Source of the DNA: Felis catus
Taxonomy: Eukaryota
NCBI RefSeq assembly: GCF_018350175.1
Contig: NC_058368.1
Location: 115,632,001 to 115,696,000, forward strand
DNA length: 64,000 nt
Direction: 5' to 3'
Shown piece after piece: positions 59,601-64,000 of the stretch (positions are counted from its first letter, which is position 1; every line of letters begins with the position of its first letter). Made by a program: the position numbers and the translations under genes. The notes under the pieces were generated by a model. It did no database searches and was not told the origin of the DNA. It worked only from the letters and a program-made list of their open reading frames with translations.

Positions 59601-60059
59601 GCCTTCCTCCCATTCTCTTTGTATGTCTCCTTTCTGGCTCTGAGGTCTCTCCCTCCCTTCTCTATCGGTGGGTGTCTCTGTGTCTATCTCTACCTCTCAG
59701 TCTCCATTTCTGTCTCTGTCTCTGTCCCTGGGTCTCTGGCTAGGTCTCTTTTTCATCTTGCTCATTTTCCCTTTCTCTCTTTGTCTGTCTGGCTCTCTTT
59801 TCTCCCTCCCTTCAGCCCCCCCTCCCCCCCAACACACACCTCACAGTCCTGTTTACGACATCCCCAGGGTTGGCAGGTGGGCGGGGCTGCAGCAGAGAGG
59901 GGGTGAGGGAGGGAGACGCAGCCTCCCCCCCAGCTGTTAACCTTCACGCTTCAGGCCTCTGCGGATGGCAGAGGAGGGGGAAAGCCCAGCTGCCAGCTTG
60001 GCGGAGGTGACCAGGCGGGGGCTGGGGGCTGCCCCTCCCTCTGGGTTTGTCTCTGGGGA

Positions 60060-60655
60060 GATCTAAGGCCGGAAGGAGTGTGACGGGAGGGCACCTCCCG
60101 GCAGAGAGAGGCTATTGGCGGCTGAGTGGCCTCCCGAAGGCTTTTGCTGGCCGGGCGGGTGCCCAAAGGGGGTTCTGAGCGGCGCCGGCCCTGCCCGCGG
60201 TCGGGCCGGACGTGGGGGCCGGCGTGAGAATCCCGCCCATCTGTGAGCCGGCCTCACGCCGTCAGACCCAATTTATCTCGCCGCCAAAGTTTCACAGCCA
60301 TCTGCTCGAGTGGAACGGCTTCCAGCGCTGGCCCCACCGGGCCCCCCAGCCAGCGCGGGGATGTTTTCCAATACGGCAGTATCGCAGCCCCCCACCCTAA
60401 AGCAAGGAGGGGGTGTAGGGGGAGGCGGCAGAGCGCGGTGCGTGGGACTGGCAGGCAGCCCTCTCCGGCGAGCAAGCCGACCCTGAATTTTAAGCGATTG
60501 ATCAGGAAGCGCAGGCCGTTCCCATCACTTAGAGCAGCCAAATGCGACGGCGCAGGGATTTGAAGGGGCCTTTGCGGAGGCAGTAATGAGGTCACCGTCA
60601 CCGCGCCAGCCTGCGGTCGGCGGGTGGGAGTGGGAGTGGGGGTGGGGGGTGGGCT
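60060..60655. promoter_or_regulatory. CpG island / candidate conserved non-coding element
   Basis: CpG-dense and repeat-free, with E-box and homeodomain-like motifs. It ends in a G-run tract. Confidence 0.7.
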
Positions 60656-62162
60656 GCGAGTACACACGTGTGTACACATGCCTGTGAACAGAGCCACACC
60701 TGTATCTACATAACCCCCAAGGCCCCAGCACTGACCCAGGAGAACTCAGCATTCGGATATGAGCTGCTCACTGGCCCCCCCTACCCCCACTAGCACCGTC
60801 AGAAAGACCAAGCTAGAACCTATTCCTTGTCCCATCCATGACCACCTCAGGCAGCCTTAGCACAGGAACTCCAAATCTCCTCCCCTCTCCACTATGTGCC
60901 TAAAATACAAATGTTTGGGCACCTGCCCGTTGCACTTCTGAACAAGCCTGCAGAGACAGATGTACCCCAGGCCCCAGGTAATCACACAGGTGCATACCTT
61001 CGGATTACACACCTGACCTCAATGCTCATGCAGTGGTATGGTCCTAACTATCCCCCCACCCCACCCCAAACATGCACACAGGAGCTCCACCATTCTCAGC
61101 CAGCACTAAGGAACATATGAGCCCACACACCTCCCTACCCAGGACACACATGTGCACACTGGCTCTGATGACCCCCCCCCCCCAGAGCTTGCTGCTGTGT
61201 CCTTAGGGTGGGCGCCTCCACTGCCTGCCAGGCAGCTTGGGTGCAGACCTCAAAGAGAACAAAGGCCTGGCGGGTTGGGAGGGAGGGGGTGCTGAGCCCC
61301 CAGCCTCGTCCTCCTTGGCGATGCTCGTCTGTCTCAGCTCCGCGGCCACTGCATCGAGCGGCTCTGATTGCCGAGTAAATCACCGCGATGATCTGAATAA
61401 TTATCGTCTCCTGAAAAGGGGAAAAAAAAAAAAAAAAACCAAGGGAATAAATAAACAGAGGGGAGAGCAGCCACCTGATTTCTCAGAGCCCTGGTGGGGG
61501 AAATACAACAGGGTGGGTGTCACTGGTTCTCTACAGATCCCAAGGGCTACCTTGGGTTGCAGAGCAGGTGTGGATGGGGTGGGCATCAGGGTAGAGTCCT
61601 TCCATAGAGGTGGAAGTTAGGGTCCTATCCGTCCTCTTCATTCATCAGGCCAGCTCCTATGCCCACCGCAACCCATCTGGCCTGTCTCTGCTTCTCACAA
61701 AATCAGGCCCACTTGTCCTGTCTCTTGGGCTTGGCTGAAACTCATCTGCCCCCTGGGGCACTCTCTCCATTCCACTTCAGCTTGCCTGACTCTCCCATTT
61801 CTGAAGGGTGAACCCTATGCCACTTTCTCTGGGAGGTTCTACCTGACTGCCCAGGCCTACAGCACCCTCCCCTCCTAACATTCCACTTCTAACTCCTGAT
61901 TCCATATAGCCTGACTAATTTGGGGATGTTCACCAGGTCTCCTCAGCAGGATAGAGAGCTTTGGTAAAAAGCAGCTATGTTTTAAACAAAAGAATGATAA
62001 TAACAACAGCAGCTACTATCCTGTCCTGAGCATTTTTTCTGTGCTGGCCCATGCTAAAACATCCTTTCATCATGAATCCTCCCCAGAATCCTGTAATATT
62101 CCTGTTTTACTAATGGGGAAACCGAGGCTCAGCTAGAGTAAAGCTTGGCACTTCCCTTTCTC

Positions 62163-62253
62163 CAGGATAGGTAGAGCATGCAACTCTTGATCTCAGAGTT
62201 GTGAACTCAAGCCCCACATTGGGCATGAAGCTTACTTAAAAATAAATAAATAA
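62163..62253 (+). mobile_element. Short old-type CanSINE (5' truncated)
   Basis: ggtagagcatgcaactcttgatctcagagttgtgaactcaagccccacattggg...aaaataaataaataa. Confidence 0.85.
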
Positions 62254-63419
62254 GATGCTCATCATCTTCTGGAGTCTTTCTGGAGTCCCCCTGATCCTAC
62301 ATTTTGGAGCACCATGACATAAATGCCTCAACCCCATCTTGGCCATTCCTGCCCCCCCCTTTCCTATCCTCAGGAGGTGTGCCATCCATGCATTGTGACC
62401 CCCGACCTCCCAAAGGGCACGACCCTTCCCCACAGCCCCAGCATCAAAGGAGGGGCAGCTCAGTCCTATGCTTCTCCTGCCTGAAATGGTTCCAGATGTG
62501 GGGCCTGCCTGCAGGGGCCTGCAGAAGATGCAGGGTGACGTCTGGCACATGGCTAGGTTTCCTCCTGGAGGCTGCCCTGTGAGAGGCCCGTCTACCTCCC
62601 TCTCCTGGCACCTGGTCGGTAAATGGAAGCAGAACTTGGTTCAGGGAGGAGGTCTCCCAGGAGGCTGGGGCAGGAGAGAAGTTGAACTCACTGTGGGTTT
62701 GCATTCTACCCTCCATGGGGGGCAGGCTGTCGGATCTGGGGCCTGGTGGCTGTATCCATGGCTGATTCTCCAGGTTATACAAGGAGGCCCAGGACTTAAT
62801 GGTTTCAATCCCCCATACTCCTCAGAGAAATGCAATTGTAGGTAAGGGGAAACTTGTTTGAGTCCGGGGTCCCAAATTGGCTCCTGGCTGAGGGTACTTG
62901 TGCAGACTTCTCCCATGGGGGTCCCGATTCAGGGACCCAAGTGTTCCTAGGGGAATGAGAGGTGTGTGTGGAAACTTTTGTCTGTGGGTTGGGTAGAGAA
63001 GAGACAAGTGAGACTTAGTGTTGATCAAGAAAGACATCCAGGTAGTCCCACCTTTGTGTGGGCGAAAATGAGGCAGAGCCCAAGCTGGCTCAGAGAAACC
63101 CTCAGCCCCTACTCCCCAGCCTCTCTAGAGCCCAAGGCAGTACTTCCTCCCTGGGAGGGAGGCAGAGGTGGCCAATGTCCATGGTGTGGTTTATAGGTAC
63201 CCCAACCCCAACACTTCTGCCAGCTACTCTTAGTCTCAGAGCAGAACAGGATGTCTTGGCTCCCTGCTTCCCCCAACAAGTAAGATATTTCTTTGGCATT
63301 TGTTATGTGCTGGTTCAGAGCATACTCAGTAGATGGGGCAGCATACTCACTCACCCACACAGCCTCACTTCTCCCCTTTCCCCTCCGAATATGACCACTG
63401 GGAACCCCGGGAGAGGCAG

Positions 63420-63640
63420 TAATGAGTGTGGTAAGATGTTTGGAATTAGGCACACCAAGGTTCAGAATCTCGCTCTACTACTTATTGGCTGTGAACAAGT
63501 CAATGAGCCTCAGTTTCCATGTCTGCAAAGTGGGAATTCTAGTAGAAACCCATGTTCAATAGTGTGTCTATTTCATAACGCGTCTGTGAGGGTTCAGTGA
63601 GGTATCTGGCTGTAGACTCTAGCACAGAGCTCAGTCCATG
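63420..63640 (+). mobile_element. MIR
   Basis: ggttcagaatctcgctctactacttattggctgtg...gagcctcagtttccatgtctgcaaagtggg...gtgagggttcagtgag. Confidence 0.7.
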
Positions 63641-64000
63641 GTGACTGTTCATCACCATTAGTTATTACAGAGGGCTGGAGGAGGGAACTTCAGGTTGCTC
63701 CTTGGCCAAACTAGGGCAGCCCTGCTATGGCATGGCTGGTGTCCAGCCTCTCTCTTCAGGGTTGTAGGTTGTAGGTTGTTGGTCTTGGCCGGTCCCCTGA
63801 ACTGTGCAGACTCCCACTCTCCTGCAAGCTTGGTTCCCCTGTCTGCCACAGCCTCTCCCTACTGGCCTGGTTTGGCTCTTTCTCTCTACCTGCCCATAAT
63901 TCTATCTATCCATCCCCCCCCCCCCAATGCATAGAGCACTCCCCCATGCAAGAACATCCCTCCACCCCCAACCCCACATCCAGCTCAACTCATCAGGCCA

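Noticed and set aside
9900..64000. PSD2 or other coding exons downstream of CXXC5
   Set aside because: No Sec7/PH or other recognisable coding sequence in any frame. Non-coding exons cannot be excluded.
1..64000. CRISPR arrays, operons or prokaryotic defence systems
   Set aside because: The sequence is mammalian. No regularly spaced repeat-spacer array was seen, and the TGTGAC array has only a 6-nt motif with irregular spacing.

Overview
Mammalian genomic DNA from a carnivore, most likely a cat-like feliform, judged from Felidae-type CanSINEs. It is not prokaryotic, so nearly all ORFs in the six-frame track are chance ORFs in GC-rich or low-complexity DNA. The only protein-coding gene I can support is CXXC5 (RINF) on the + strand. 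Its main coding exon has an acceptor at 6276-6277 and CDS 6439-7356. A 1518-nt intron follows, then a terminal exon with CDS 8875-8919 (320 aa in total), a ~1-kb 3'UTR and AATAAA at 9871. Bases 1-6277 are inferred to be CXXC5 intron. The remaining ~54 kb is gene-poor downstream DNA, which by human gene order runs toward PSD2. It holds several orphan CpG islands (~22 kb, 32.6-35.1 kb, 59-60.6 kb), many motif-dense candidate enhancers and ordinary repeats: CanSINEs, MIR, L2, L1 fragments, MLT1 LTRs, a Charlie1-type hAT element and microsatellites. I found no evidence of a novel multi-gene system. The most unusual signals are cis-regulatory. Two separate triple POU-octamer arrays have exact 11-bp (one helical turn) phasing. 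There is also a symmetric CCAAT-octamer-ATTGG cassette, a SoxE dimer site in the CXXC5 intron, divergent CTCF motifs around the CXXC5 poly(A) site, a TGTGAC-rich array and a solo poly(A) insertion with a target-site duplication (TSD). Repeat subfamily names and transcription-factor motif assignments come from visual recognition and need confirmation.
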